Assembly: GCA_963752565.1 (NCBI GenBank) | Contig: CAVVZC010000003.1 | Location: forward strand, 723,080 to 787,079 | Direction: 5' to 3' | DNA: 64,000 nucleotides | From: an uncultured delta proteobacterium | GTDB lineage: Bacteria; Desulfobacterota; Desulfobacteria; Desulfobacterales; UBA11574 | Shown: in pieces, positions 10,520 to 21,457 of the stretch | Numbering within the stretch: the stretch's first letter is position 1 | Layout: every line of letters begins with the position of its first letter | Position numbers and translations under genes: made by a program | Notes under the pieces: model-generated | Told to the model about the DNA's origin: nothing | The model's database searches: none | The model's input: the letters and a program-made list of their open reading frames with translations, nothing else

Positions 10520-12470
10520 TTATCGTTGAAGAAGCAATGCGTGTTCAGGAGTTCTTGACTCATTGTCCGCCGTTACGCGGATAGCACGCTTTCCCGGAAC
10601 CGGGCACTCGTGTTCGCAAACGCCGCAGCCGATGCAGTGTTTGGGATCGACATAGGGCTGCTGAAGCCGTATCTGAATTTCAATGCGACTTCCCGGCAGC
10701 GGCGGTGATTCAAAGGGAAGCCCATCGGCAATCCGTAAACCCCTTTCCCAGTTACTGACGATTCGCCGCGGTCGATGATCTTCTGACGGCAGAACCACGG
10801 CGTAATAATCACCTGTGGCAAATTGATTCATGTCGGGACCGGTGCCCTGAAACTCAATATATAAGGCATCGGCCTTTGCTACTATCAGCTTGGACACCCG
10901 TATCAATCGTGTTGAAAACTTCACGGGTTCGGATGGCCTTGGGACTCACCGGGCAATTTTCCTGGCAAACGATACAGGGTCTGTCCATTGCCCAGGGCAG
11001 GCATCGGCCCCGATCGACAAAGGCGGTTCCAATTTTAATCGGTCCCTGTTCGGCATAGCGGTTTCTTCCCAGTCGTTCATCTATGCTGATGGGCCGTATG
11101 GCCGCCGTTGGGCAAAGATTTCCGCAGGCAATGCAATTAAGCTGACAACCGCTGGTTCCTATACGAAAATTGAGAACCGGGGTCCACAATCCTTCAAGAC
11201 CGCTCTGAATGCCCGCCGGATGAATCACATTGGTCGGGCAAATTCGCATGCACTGGCCGCATTTTATGCAGCGGGAGAGGAACGCTTTTTCCGGCAGGGC
11301 GCCGGGCGGACGCACCAAAGCCGGGTTCCAGTTTCCACCGAGATGGCCGCTTACCCGCAGCATGGGAATGGCTGCAGCGCCGGATACTGCCGAGGCTAAA
11401 AACTGCCTGCGAGACAGATCCGGTGCGAGAATTTCACCCGAAGCGGACGGAGCGATCTGATACGTCATTAAATTATGACGGCAATCGCTCAGGCAGTTCA
11501 TGCACAGGACGCATTCGCTTATTCGAATTTGCGACGTCGGCGAGCACGCACCTTCACAATTCTTTTCACAGAGATGGCAATCGGTACATTCATTTTTTGT
11601 TTTGCCTATTCGCCAGAGGGCAAGACGACTCAATATACCGAACATGGCGCCCGTCGGACAGATGAAACGGCAATAAAAACGCGGCACCGCCAAATTTAAC
11701 AATACCGCCGACAGAAATATGGTTGCAATCAGCCAGGTGCCGTCGTAGAGGCGTGGGTTGGTTGAAATGGAGACAGCAGTGCGGTCGACAAGCGGCAGGA
11801 TAACAAGGTTTATCGAACGGTACACCAACGGAATCGGATCCAGCAGTCCGATTTGAAGAGACGCCGCCGAAGTTTGATATCCATTAAAGAGGGTGCTTAA
11901 CAACAGCCAGACCGCAATGAAGATCAAAAACACAAAACCAATTTTTTTTGGATTCGCCCGTGTTTGGCGCACAGCATTGAGGATCATCCAGGTCAATATG
12001 GCCAAAACCAGGAGCCCAAAAAACAATCGATTGGTTTCGGGTAAACGAATAAGGTCAATTGCCAGTTCGAGCGTTGAAACCGTCAAAAGAAAAATCAGAA
12101 TCCAATATTTGATCGATTGTCCGGGATGGTATCGATGGAGTTTTATTTTTTCGGGTATTGATCTTTTGCGCTTGGCCAGAAAACCGACAAACTGGTGAAT
12201 GGAACCGAAGGGGCATATCCAGCCGCAGAAAAATCTTCCCAGGATTATTGTAAATACGATCGTCACCAATCCCCATAACAGACCGGCATATACCGTTCGG
12301 GTGCTGAGCAGTGTCGCCAATCCCACCAGCGGATCCAGCTGAATCATCCAGTTTACCGGCCAGCCGCGCAACTGCCACCATTGATCCCCAAGGGTGGTGA
12401 CCGCACAAAACCATAAAAAAAGGACAAAAAAGAACCCTTGACAGATTCGTCGGGTGGTTACGATATTCAT
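10520..12470 (-). CDS. Membrane polyferredoxin (NapH-like + MauM/NapG-like 4Fe-4S domains), frameshift near 10890
   Basis: GRFFCGWICPFG, PRFYCRFICPTG, RPPGA, CIKCGQCMRICP, CIVCQENCP, final CIGCGVCEHECP in ORF 10520..10924. Confidence 0.85.
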
Positions 12471-12560
12471 GAGTTTTAGTAAAAATCCGATTCCAGAGGG
12501 GCCGGCTTTGATTTAACCCCTGGAAAGGGGCTGGTTTACTTAAAGCCGAACAAGTTAAAA

Positions 12561-12660
12561 ATGCCTAAAGTGATCTAAAGTGTCTAAAGTTATGGAGTCG
12601 CTTCGCTCCAGTGATTTTATATAATTGGCAGAATTCCTTAACTTTAGCTCACTTCAAACT
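12561..12660. repeat. Short intergenic repeat element with CTAAAGT units
   Basis: (ctaaagt)x3 ... GGAGTCGCTTCGCTCC hairpin ... inverted actttag. Confidence 0.5.
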
Positions 12661-12731
12661 CTTCCAGCGATTCTTCAGGCAGAGCTTTTGATCTCTGACA
12701 CGGTCAACAAGGCCAGGGTTTCTCTTCTGAA

Positions 12732-13725
12732 CTAAATTGATGCCATTACAGGATTCAATTTGTGATAGTCCGCGGTTCCAATTCCGGCGGCTTCCGCTTT
12801 TCCGATGAACGGAAGTTCGTCTAAAGATCTTCCGAGTAAAGATGCGCCAAATGCATCGGCAGCGACCTGATCCGTACTGACGATCATGGTATTGGTATTT
12901 TTAAGGTCCGAAAGAGAGCCTCCGGTGGGACCGTTGGTCATCATGCTCGTGGTTGCGTCCAGTATCACCAGAGACGGCTTTACCATCATCGCCAGTTCCA
13001 TGATAATGCTGTGTATATCCTGATGAAAGATGTTGCGGCGACCCCCCAGAAGTCCGTACCAGTTTTTCATGATCATGGATGCGCCGCTTCGATGGTGATC
13101 TTTAAGCGGCGCCATTCCGATCACTTTGGTGATATCCGTAAAGGGTTTGTAAAGAACCGGCCAATTTCGGATCAATTTTGCATCTTTGACCGTCATGGGG
13201 CTGAAAAAATCATCGCGCGGCAATAACACCCGGGCACCGCCACTACGGGCGGCATCGGCAATACCTGTCAGGGTAAAGCAGCTGGCAGGATCATTGATGG
13301 GGTTATCCGTTACCACGACGGATGCGGCGCCGGCCCGAAAACAAAGCTGTGTCATTTCGGTTATGATCGCAGGATGCGTCGTTGCCGACAGCATGGCCGG
13401 GGATGCAAAGGCGGCATTGACTTTTAGCAGCACCCGATCTCCTTTTTTTATAAATGTTTCAATACCACCTAAGGATTTTAGAGCCATCCGTAAGGTGGCA
13501 ACCCTGTCTTCTCCTCGGACAATGCTCATTTTTTGCCCCAGACGCGTCAATGGAAAAATCCGGCAGGATAAGATTTGACGGATCATTTTTTGATAAAGTG
13601 GGACCCTTGGAGTCATGGAACCAGAAACCTGCGGCACAGGCAGCGGTTATGGAAATCCCTGCTTTGGTCAATCGATCCAGAAATTGACGCCGGTTCAATC
13701 CGTTACTGTTCGGATCGGGATTCAT
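12732..13725 (-). CDS. Tat-exported DUF362 domain protein (frameshift near 13540)
   Basis: NRRQFL Tat motif in ORF 13459..13725; KGDRVLLKVN, TTHP, MKNWYGLLG, D..A.D motifs of DUF362. Confidence 0.85.
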
Positions 13726-14782
13726 TGCCCCCCTCTTTTACTCGATGATATAATCTTATGGCCAGCGTTTTCGCCTGATTAATGGTTGCAGCTTCCCGAA
13801 TGCCTGCCAAATAGGAACCATGGATAAAAACTATTTCATAGGTGTCTAAAATCTCTATCAATCGAGCACCCTTTATCGGCAGCTGCGCTTCAATATTCTG
13901 TCCGCCGTATGCCAATAAAAACATCGTGTAAGCCGAGGCCAATTCTTTTGCTTCCACAGGTGTCCTGCGATGGGAGAGATAGGCCATGAGGCTGTGATCG
14001 TCAAACTCGTATTCGGCAGTGTATATCTTATCGAAACCATCATAACCAAAAGCATCCGAAGAGATTAAGACCATACTGTTTTTTACCAGTTCCTGTTTGG
14101 GGAACAGCTCCGTTTCATTGACGGTGGCTGCTTCTGCAGGGGTGTTGCGAATGAACGTCTCGGCCATCATTTTTACAGTCTGCAGCATCTGTCCGGATAC
14201 TTTGGATGCGATGATTTCAACATAATAACGGCCATGAATCAGAAAAAGTGCGTTGGGTGTCCTGTAGGCATATTGTGCCAAACCGAGCGACTCTGCATCT
14301 TGCCGGCGCTGGGCGCTAAACACTGAAAAAGCGTTTTGATTGTTGCCCATGTCATAAACAAAGGCTTCCATCCACATATCGGCTGCACGTTCATCCTTAA
14401 AGCGCTGACTGACCAAACGGGTAAAACCGGCGGATAAGTACAATTCGGCCTTGCCGTTTATTTTATCGGAAAGATTGCGGGCATCAAATATCTCCGTTGA
14501 TGTGAGGGGCTGTATGCCTTCAGGCAAGGGGACAAAGGATGCGTTCGGAGATAATTGGGAAGATGGTTTGTCTTTGTTTGGCTCCGGTAAAAGCGCATCT
14601 TTTTGCAATACCCCCGGGTTAAAGTGGGATTGGGTGATAAATATACCCACCCCGATAACTATGAGAATGGATAGAATGACTATACTCAGAAACGTTTGCC
14701 GCCGACTTTTGATTTTATTCTCCCGAATCACTGAATCCTCAAACTTAGACAGAAATTTTGGTAGAGACACCTTATCAAGCAA
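13703..14782 (-). CDS. Membrane-anchored periplasmic protein (DUF6599-like)
   Basis: N-terminal TM, NLSDKINGKAELY, VYDMG...NAFSVFS motifs typical of proteins in DUF362 operons. Confidence 0.6.
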   Translation of the reverse strand: MLDKVSLPKFLSKFEDSVIRENKIKSRRQTFLSIVILSILIVIGVGIFITQSHFNPGVLQKDALLPEPNKDKPSSQLSPNASFVPLPEGIQPLTSTEIFDARNLSDKINGKAELYLSAGFTRLVSQRFKDERAADMWMEAFVYDMGNNQNAFSVFSAQRRQDAESLGLAQYAYRTPNALFLIHGRYYVEIIASKVSGQMLQTVKMMAETFIRNTPAEAATVNETELFPKQELVKNSMVLISSDAFGYDGFDKIYTAEYEFDDHSLMAYLSHRRTPVEAKELASAYTMFLLAYGGQNIEAQLPIKGARLIEILDTYEIVFIHGSYLAGIREAATINQAKTLAIRLYHRVKEGGNESRSEQ

Positions 14783-15009
14783 CGCGCTTTTAGAAAGGTA
14801 TAAGATCCGGCTACCATCGAAAGAAGTCTTTTTGGGGTATCAATAAAGGATGAATATGAAACATTAAGACCTCAATTGATCGTAAACAAAATGAAAAAAC
14901 TCTTTATCATACTAAAATCAAAACATATTTTCTGCCTTTCTTGAAATCTTATATCTCTTCTTTTAATGAGATATAATTTCTCTTTTAAATTTTCATTTTG
15001 TTTGCCCTC

Positions 15010-15123
15010 CGAGAAAGCCGAAGATACCCTATCTACTGCGTTGCCAAAGGTTCGCAGTCCCTCTAAAAGCGGGACGGCTTCACCCCTGGGCGCCTTGTAT
15101 GTAGGGCATCTCGACTTTCGCTC
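15010..15123 (+). repeat. Palindromic REP/MITE-like element, copy 1
   Basis: GAAAGCCGAAGATACCCTATCTACTGCGTT...CTTCACCC...GCCTTGTATGTAGGGCATCTCGACTTTC; homologous to 55621..55722 (reverse). Confidence 0.7.
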
Positions 15124-15190
15124 AATTGAAGTAAGATTTATAACTTAGCATAATGCAAAGACCCACAATGTGTCAATTTGCAAATGGGTT

Positions 15191-15994
15191 TTAAGCCTTA
15201 TTACGGAAAAATTTCATAACGGTCTCGTTGAAATCCTGAGCACATTCCAGATAAATGAGATGGCCGGCACCGGCAAAAGATTTCTCCACGGCACCGGGAA
15301 TATGGATGGAAAGTAAACGGCCGTTTTCAGGCGGCACCAGTATGTCACGCTCGGCTGTGAGAATTAAAGTGGGAACTTGTATGTTAGCGATGCGCTCACA
15401 GGCGTCGAAACCACCGATGGCGTCAAGTTGACGTTTGAGCGCATAATCCGGCTGGAGGGGCGCCCTCAACTGCCGTTCTTTGTATCGTTTCAAGGCACCC
15501 GAGCCACCACTTAGGAATTGAGGCGTGGCCAAAAGAGCAAGGTTTTTATCGATGATCTCCTCCGGTGAAAGACCTTTGTTATTGGCAAACCGTCGGATCA
15601 CATTCGGATTTGGGGGAATACGCTTGCGACCCCCACAATGGGTACATCCAAGTACAAGACGATGGACCCGGTCCGGATGCCTAAGGGCCAATTCCTGGGC
15701 AATCATGCCGCCCATTGAGAGACCCACAACCCCCGCTCGCCTCACCCCGGCTGCATCCAGAACAGCCGCAGCGTGATCAGCCATTTTTTCAATTGTGTAA
15801 GGGCGATTTGGCTTGCTGGAACGGCCGGCACCTATGTTGTCAAAGACAATTACACGGAAGTGGGGAGACCATGCTTCGATGCTTTCTTCCCAGGACCACG
15901 TCCCGCCGCTGACTCCGCTAATCAATAGCAGGGGCTCTTTTTTTCCGTAACTTTCCCAATGAATCCTTAGGTCTTCGAAAGTTGTCCTGGACAA
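15191..15994 (-). CDS. Alpha/beta fold hydrolase
   Basis: DNIGAGRS, GLSMGG nucleophile elbow, D..VP, AGH; RBS GGAGGTG before TTG. Confidence 0.9.
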   Translation of the reverse strand: MSRTTFEDLRIHWESYGKKEPLLLISGVSGGTWSWEESIEAWSPHFRVIVFDNIGAGRSSKPNRPYTIEKMADHAAAVLDAAGVRRAGVVGLSMGGMIAQELALRHPDRVHRLVLGCTHCGGRKRIPPNPNVIRRFANNKGLSPEEIIDKNLALLATPQFLSGGSGALKRYKERQLRAPLQPDYALKRQLDAIGGFDACERIANIQVPTLILTAERDILVPPENGRLLSIHIPGAVEKSFAGAGHLIYLECAQDFNETVMKFFRNKA

Positions 15995-16206
15995 ATTTCA
16001 CCTCCAAAGAAGCGGTCCGTCTTTATTTCGCCAAAGGCAGATGGTTCGTGGTAACAAATCATTATTGGCAGGCAAATCACAATAGAGGAAGGCGGTTTGT
16101 GAGTCAAATAAAAATAGGACCTAAAGGAATATAAATTGGTGAGTGGGGCAGCTCTGAATCAGTGATGAGTGAAATTCGTAGGAGTCGTTTGACATATTGA
16201 TATCAA

Positions 16207-17142
16207 CTAACCGGTTCTCAAACTGTAACCGACAATTCCCCCCACGATAATTATAATTCCAATACCTCCTGTTAAATTAGGTAACGCACCATTTAATAGC
16301 AGTATTTCGCCTGCCAAGGAAAAAATGACCTCTCCGGATTGAGTTGCATCAACCGCTGATATTATGTAAGGAGATTTGGATGCATTTCTTGCTTTATAAA
16401 ATATGGACGTGGCAATAATGCCCGAAGATACGGCGACAATACCGGTGTTGATTAATTGGCCTTTGAAAGGTAGTGGGGGGGTTACAATTAGCAGCAATAT
16501 TACCCAAAAAGGGATAGAGCCCATTGTCATGAGCAAAACACATGCCAGTGCATCCTTTAAAATTGGAGAGTCAATGTGTGGTATCAATGCATGATTGCCA
16601 TGTTTAGCAAAATTTAACAGCTGATTTCCTGTGGGATATGCAAAAGCAGCAATGACAACGGGTATCACACCATAAAGAATGTGTTTTACAGCAAGTCCAC
16701 TTTCTTTATTATAAAATTGGATTAGCAAAATCCCAAAAAAAATGAGAAACGAAAAAAAGACGCCGTACCGAGGGACTTTTTCTTTAAAAAAAAGAAGAAC
16801 AATAGGGGTGGCAATAACAGTAATCTGCCATGTACCGGCGACTACCCATCCGGGTGCATGATCTGCTGAATAACAAAGCAAACTGTAAAATGTACCGAAT
16901 CCAATACTTCCGGCTATAAGCCAAAATCCAAAGTTTTTTATGAATATTTTTATTACATCTCGTAAATAATCCGCCCCTCTATTTATGGTTATTAAAATAA
17001 CCAGCAGAAAGAACATATAAAAAAAACGTAGCGAAGATGACCAGACCCAATGGCCGCCCGATAAACTCATGGAACGATTTAAAATAAATGTTGCACTAAA
17101 AAAAGCTGCGGATAAAAGACCCAATAAGATTAGTTTAATCAT
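16207..17142 (-). CDS. Multidrug resistance efflux transporter family (EmrE-like DMT) protein
   Basis: FFSATFILNRSMSLSGGHW..S.SLR, AYPTGNQ, VDATQSGEV motifs. Confidence 0.85.
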   Translation of the reverse strand: MIKLILLGLLSAAFFSATFILNRSMSLSGGHWVWSSSLRFFYMFFLLVILITINRGADYLRDVIKIFIKNFGFWLIAGSIGFGTFYSLLCYSADHAPGWVVAGTWQITVIATPIVLLFFKEKVPRYGVFFSFLIFFGILLIQFYNKESGLAVKHILYGVIPVVIAAFAYPTGNQLLNFAKHGNHALIPHIDSPILKDALACVLLMTMGSIPFWVILLLIVTPPLPFKGQLINTGIVAVSSGIIATSIFYKARNASKSPYIISAVDATQSGEVIFSLAGEILLLNGALPNLTGGIGIIIIVGGIVGYSLRTG

Positions 17143-17361
17143 TAAATTTTAATCCAATTGAAAAAGTAATTTGTTCTCTACCTATTATTGGGAATGTTTA
17201 TAACTCAAGTTTCGAATCCTAATATTGCCAAAAAGCCTTAACAAATATTGTATTATTTAGTTGGTATTTGTATATACTATCATGTGTTTTTTTAAAAGAA
17301 GGATCTGCTTGATCTATTCTGTTAGATAAGATCATGGACCTTAATGGCTTAGGGAGGAGCT

Positions 17362-17931
17362 ATGAGAATACTTCGACATATCGGTTCTCTGGCCTTTGTT
17401 TTAGGACTCTTTGTTGTCATCTTTGCTGGAATACCATGGCACGTGCTCGTTGTTGATGATCCGGTCGTGCCTTGGTGGCTCAGAATAGCAGTCTTCTGCG
17501 TATTGGGCGGCATCTTTGTGGTTCTGCTGACGGTGGCCCTTGAACAACAAACAAAAAAGACATCCCAAAAAACACCGCTTCCTGCCACTTCTGAAGCTGG
17601 GGTCTTGCTTTTGAATTCCGATGAAATTCCCGACCGCCGGATCACCGAGATTCTCGGTCTCGTCCAGGGCCATACTGTGTTTGCCATTTGGCTTGGTAAA
17701 GACCTTTCCGCTCTCGTTAGGCTTGTAGTTGGCGGCGAACTGACTGAATACACAGAGATGATGGGAAGCGCTCGCACAGTCGCAACGGATAGGATGATTG
17801 CCAGGGCTTTAGAGGTTGGAGCAGATGCAATCATCAATGTTCGCTATATGACCACGAGTGTTGTGGGGAGTGCGGCTGAACTGCTGGTTTACGGCACGGC
17901 TGTTAAGCTCAGCGACGGTTCTGAAACTTAA
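17362..17931 (+). CDS. YbjQ/UPF0145 family protein with two N-terminal TM helices
   Basis: LGLVQG, VGGELTEYTEMM..AR, GADAII, AAELLVYGTAV; RBS GGAGGAG. Confidence 0.85.
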   Translation: MRILRHIGSLAFVLGLFVVIFAGIPWHVLVVDDPVVPWWLRIAVFCVLGGIFVVLLTVALEQQTKKTSQKTPLPATSEAGVLLLNSDEIPDRRITEILGLVQGHTVFAIWLGKDLSALVRLVVGGELTEYTEMMGSARTVATDRMIARALEVGADAIINVRYMTTSVVGSAAELLVYGTAVKLSDGSET

Positions 17932-18799
17932 TTTTACCGGCGGTTGTTAAAAATATTCCTGTAAATATTAAGATGGTTCCTTTTACATGATATTCTTTTA
18001 ACTCCTCATTTAGAAAAATAATCGCCAAAATGATACTAAAGATCGGCATTAGATGGATAAAAATACCGGTCTTGTTCGCTCCGATAATTTGTATTGCCTT
18101 GTTCCAAAATATGTATGCTAAAATCGATGCAAAGAGAGCGACATAAACAATGCTTCCAATAGAGGCTTGTGAAATATTCATGGTCTTTCCAGTACTCATT
18201 TCCCAGATATAAAAGGGTAAGATAAAAAATATACCGATTATGATTAACGTTGCAAGAAAGCTCAATGGATTGAGTTCCATCGGACATTTTCTAAGAAATA
18301 CAGAGTACAAAGCCCAACTAATTCCGGCACAAATAGTCCACAAATCTCCCTTGCTGAACCGAACAGAAATGAGGGTTGACAGATTTCCGTTAGCAATAAT
18401 AAACATCAAGCCGGCCAAAGAAATAGCGATGCCAATACTCTGTCTTAAAGTAATCCGCTCTTTAAAACCCAGCCAGGAAACCATTACGATAAATATGGGT
18501 ATCATTGAGTTTATTAAAACAGTGTTTGTTGCTGTAGATAATTTCAGTGCCATGTAGATAAAGATACTGAAATTGGTTACGGAAAGAATTGCCAACACAG
18601 TAAGAATTTTCAAGTTCCGCCGAATTATATCAAATTGATGTACGATATGCCTCAGTGAAAAAGGCAATATAATCAGCAACGCAACCGCCCAGCGCCAAAA
18701 TGCTAATGTCATCGGAGGTATTTCGTTGTGAATTCCTCTTCCAACAATAAAATTTCCAGACCAAAATAAAACAGCTAAAATGAGCAACAAATAATGCAT
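17909..18799 (-). CDS. DMT/EamA family transporter
   Basis: LFWSGNFIVGR, LAFWRW, GDLW, LMPIF; about 10 TMs. Confidence 0.9.
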   Translation of the reverse strand: MHYLLLILAVLFWSGNFIVGRGIHNEIPPMTLAFWRWAVALLIILPFSLRHIVHQFDIIRRNLKILTVLAILSVTNFSIFIYMALKLSTATNTVLINSMIPIFIVMVSWLGFKERITLRQSIGIAISLAGLMFIIANGNLSTLISVRFSKGDLWTICAGISWALYSVFLRKCPMELNPLSFLATLIIIGIFFILPFYIWEMSTGKTMNISQASIGSIVYVALFASILAYIFWNKAIQIIGANKTGIFIHLMPIFSIILAIIFLNEELKEYHVKGTILIFTGIFLTTAGKIKFQNRR

Positions 18800-19610
18800 A
18801 GAACAAACGATACCAATAATTGATTTAACATCTTCAATTTAAACGAGTTGTTGGGGTAGGCAAAAGAATTTAAACATTTTAATCTAATCCAAAGTAAAAT
18901 TTGTCTGATTTAATTCGTAAGTTGCTGAAATTGAATAAAAATCTTTTAACTTTTTTGAAAATAAATCTTATAATTTTGCTTAGAATGGGTTGTACTATAG
19001 AAAATGGAAAATGAAAATAGACAATGCTTATCCGAAGAACATGAATATTTTTACTTCACGGGTGATAGAATAATCACCATATCAATATTCTTATTTCGAG
19101 AACCTAACTCCTTTTAAAATCAAAGGCAAAATAGCGGCATAAAAAGACAAGGGTCTTATTTTTTTCAGGCCCTTTTTTTATGTTCAGAAAAAAATTGACA
19201 AAATACGCCCATACGTAAATTTTATTAAATTGATTAAGACTTATCGTAAAATCCTTCTTTTATTCGTGCTAATCGTGCCCATACGATGAGTTCTTAAGGA
19301 AGCATATCCCTTTTATATTATTTAAAAAAGCCTGTAATATCAAAGATTAGTGCGTTATATTAAAAAATAGGGTCAGTTGTAAGTGTCCTTCATGATTATA
19401 AACTGTTGTTCGACTAGAGGATCGGTCTGAGCGAGCAATGAAAAGACAACGTTTTCCATAACTATAGGTGTCCCGACCCAAACTTGATTTTATAGAATCG
19501 TAAGGAGGGTCAATACATCTCTTGACAGTTCAATTTTGGGATATGATATCATACACAATTGAACCGTTGTCAAAAATGGAAGATAAATAGTAGCTGTATG
19601 CAATCAAGGC

Positions 19611-19670
19611 CAAGCTCGGATCTGTCAGACTTATCACAGGTTTTTAAAGTGGATGATATTTGCACCTTCT
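19611..19670 (+). repeat. Direct repeat copy 1 (of 23891..23950)
   Basis: 53/60 identical bases by manual alignment. Confidence 0.85.
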
Positions 19671-19820
19671 GACAAGCGATCTCAGAAATCTAAACCCCGA
19701 TATTTGTGTGGTCACCTTGATCACAAGTTTGGTTTTATTCGGATATATCTTTGGAACAAAAGATATTTTCGCATGGTCGGGTTTGTTCTCTATCGCAGAT
19801 ATCGGCAAGAAGAATAGGTA

Positions 19821-21281
19821 TTAACTCTTGTTCCCTATGCTTTTCTTCCTTCTTTCTTTTTCTAGTCTATACCATCGGCTTACTTTTTTTAATCCATCTT
19901 GTCCGAGTACATCGTCACGATCAAAATAAAAAATGATTACATTACCAAGATAATCTATCAAACTCTCCCAACGTTCAAAATAAATATAAGAGAGCCTGCG
20001 AAAATAAGCTCTAAAAAAACTTTCTAATAATTCTAACCTGTCCTCTTTCCATTCTCTTTTGCTTTTATATAAAAAATTTATGACACCTACAGCTGAAACC
20101 ACATCCCTTATCCCGATATGAGTCTCTTTAATTATCTCAAAAAACGGATCAACATATTTAATTTTATTCCTTTTGAAATAGCTTTCAAAGGTGTGCATCT
20201 CTTCACGATCACAAATCTGGCCTCCCAAATTCACATCCTGTTCATGGAAAGTAACATGAAACAATTCGTGGTTTTGCTTCCGGGCTGTACCTATTCCTAT
20301 CTCTTCGGCTATAAATTGCAAATAGTCTTCCAGGGTTATAACTTCTTCCCCGGAATTAAAAAACCTTTCCAAAACTGGCATTAGTTTTCTCCCTGAACGT
20401 TGCCTTTTTATTGCCAGATCTCTTAATAACGGAGAAATTCTTTTTCGCAACCTAAATAGCCCTGGATCAACTAGCTGCGAAATCTTTGATATCCTATGCG
20501 GACTGATTGCACAATTAACAATTACATATGGTAGCGCTTTTTTGCCATCATTTTCGTATTCAGCTTCTTCAAAATTACCCTTCCCATCAGGTAGACTGTA
20601 CAATGGTTGATATGCCAAGAAATCAATGAATCCTTCACTGTAAGGGCCTAATCTTTCGAATGATGTTAAAGCGTTATTTTTATCTATTTTATCTCCAACT
20701 CCGGTAAACTTTACTGAATTCTTATTATGGGGTTTAGAAACCGGATCATGAAATAAACCGGATGATTTGAATGTTAATAATCTTTTGTCAGGCAAAGGGA
20801 TATAACATTGACGTAGGTTAGCAACCGAAAAATGCGCCTTGTCATAATGTCTATCCGTCATCGCAACAATAATTTTACCCCCTCCCGTCAATATTTCATT
20901 TGCTACCTTAGGCTTACCACAGAGAAAAATTCCCTTGTTTTCGATGATATAATCAGATAGCGTCTTATCCCCTTTTATCTTTTCTTTAGCTAACTTTGTA
21001 TTGCAGATTTCCATCTTTCCTGTTTTCTCCTCAGGCAATACCTGCATAAAAACCGGTCTTAATACTCGATCATTTAACAACGCCTGTTTAACCAACTTAA
21101 TCGCTTCTGAATCAGAATCGAATAATTTCACAATCTCCGGATATTTATCCAATCCCTCCTCTTGCAAGTAATTATTCCATACCATTTCTTTAATCATGCT
21201 TTTTGTTTCTCCGCATTCATTTTTTCTGCATTTCCGATCACATTGGATATTTGTACCAACTGTCATTTGTCTGTTATCCAA
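19821..21281 (-). CDS. Hypothetical protein, possible SelO/YdiU-like pseudokinase fold (alternative start ATG 21197)
   Basis: Long ORF; FKSSG, SPHR and FHVTFHEQDVNLGGQICD resemble SelO motifs. Confidence 0.6.
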   Translation of the reverse strand: MDNRQMTVGTNIQCDRKCRKNECGETKSMIKEMVWNNYLQEEGLDKYPEIVKLFDSDSEAIKLVKQALLNDRVLRPVFMQVLPEEKTGKMEICNTKLAKEKIKGDKTLSDYIIENKGIFLCGKPKVANEILTGGGKIIVAMTDRHYDKAHFSVANLRQCYIPLPDKRLLTFKSSGLFHDPVSKPHNKNSVKFTGVGDKIDKNNALTSFERLGPYSEGFIDFLAYQPLYSLPDGKGNFEEAEYENDGKKALPYVIVNCAISPHRISKISQLVDPGLFRLRKRISPLLRDLAIKRQRSGRKLMPVLERFFNSGEEVITLEDYLQFIAEEIGIGTARKQNHELFHVTFHEQDVNLGGQICDREEMHTFESYFKRNKIKYVDPFFEIIKETHIGIRDVVSAVGVINFLYKSKREWKEDRLELLESFFRAYFRRLSYIYFERWESLIDYLGNVIIFYFDRDDVLGQDGLKKVSRWYRLEKERRKKSIGNKS

Positions 21282-21363
21282 AATTTATACGGCAAGCTGA
21301 AATAACACAACCCTACGTCAATTAGTTCCAACTATATATATCGCATAATGTCTGAAATAAATC

Positions 21364-21400
21364 AAAAGGGCAAACCCGCAAAAAAGGATTTGCCCTTTTT
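21364..21400. terminator. Bidirectional terminator-like hairpin
   Basis: AAAAGGGCAAACCC...GGATTTGCCCTTTTT. Confidence 0.55.
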
Positions 21401-21457
21401 GAAAATTGCAGACAGGCAGTCATAGCCAAGATCGAAGTCAGACGTATCAAGGTTTCA

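Noticed and set aside
21364-21400. GGGCAAACCC as a riboswitch start
   Set aside because: It is one arm of a simple inverted repeat with A/T tails, i.e. terminator-like
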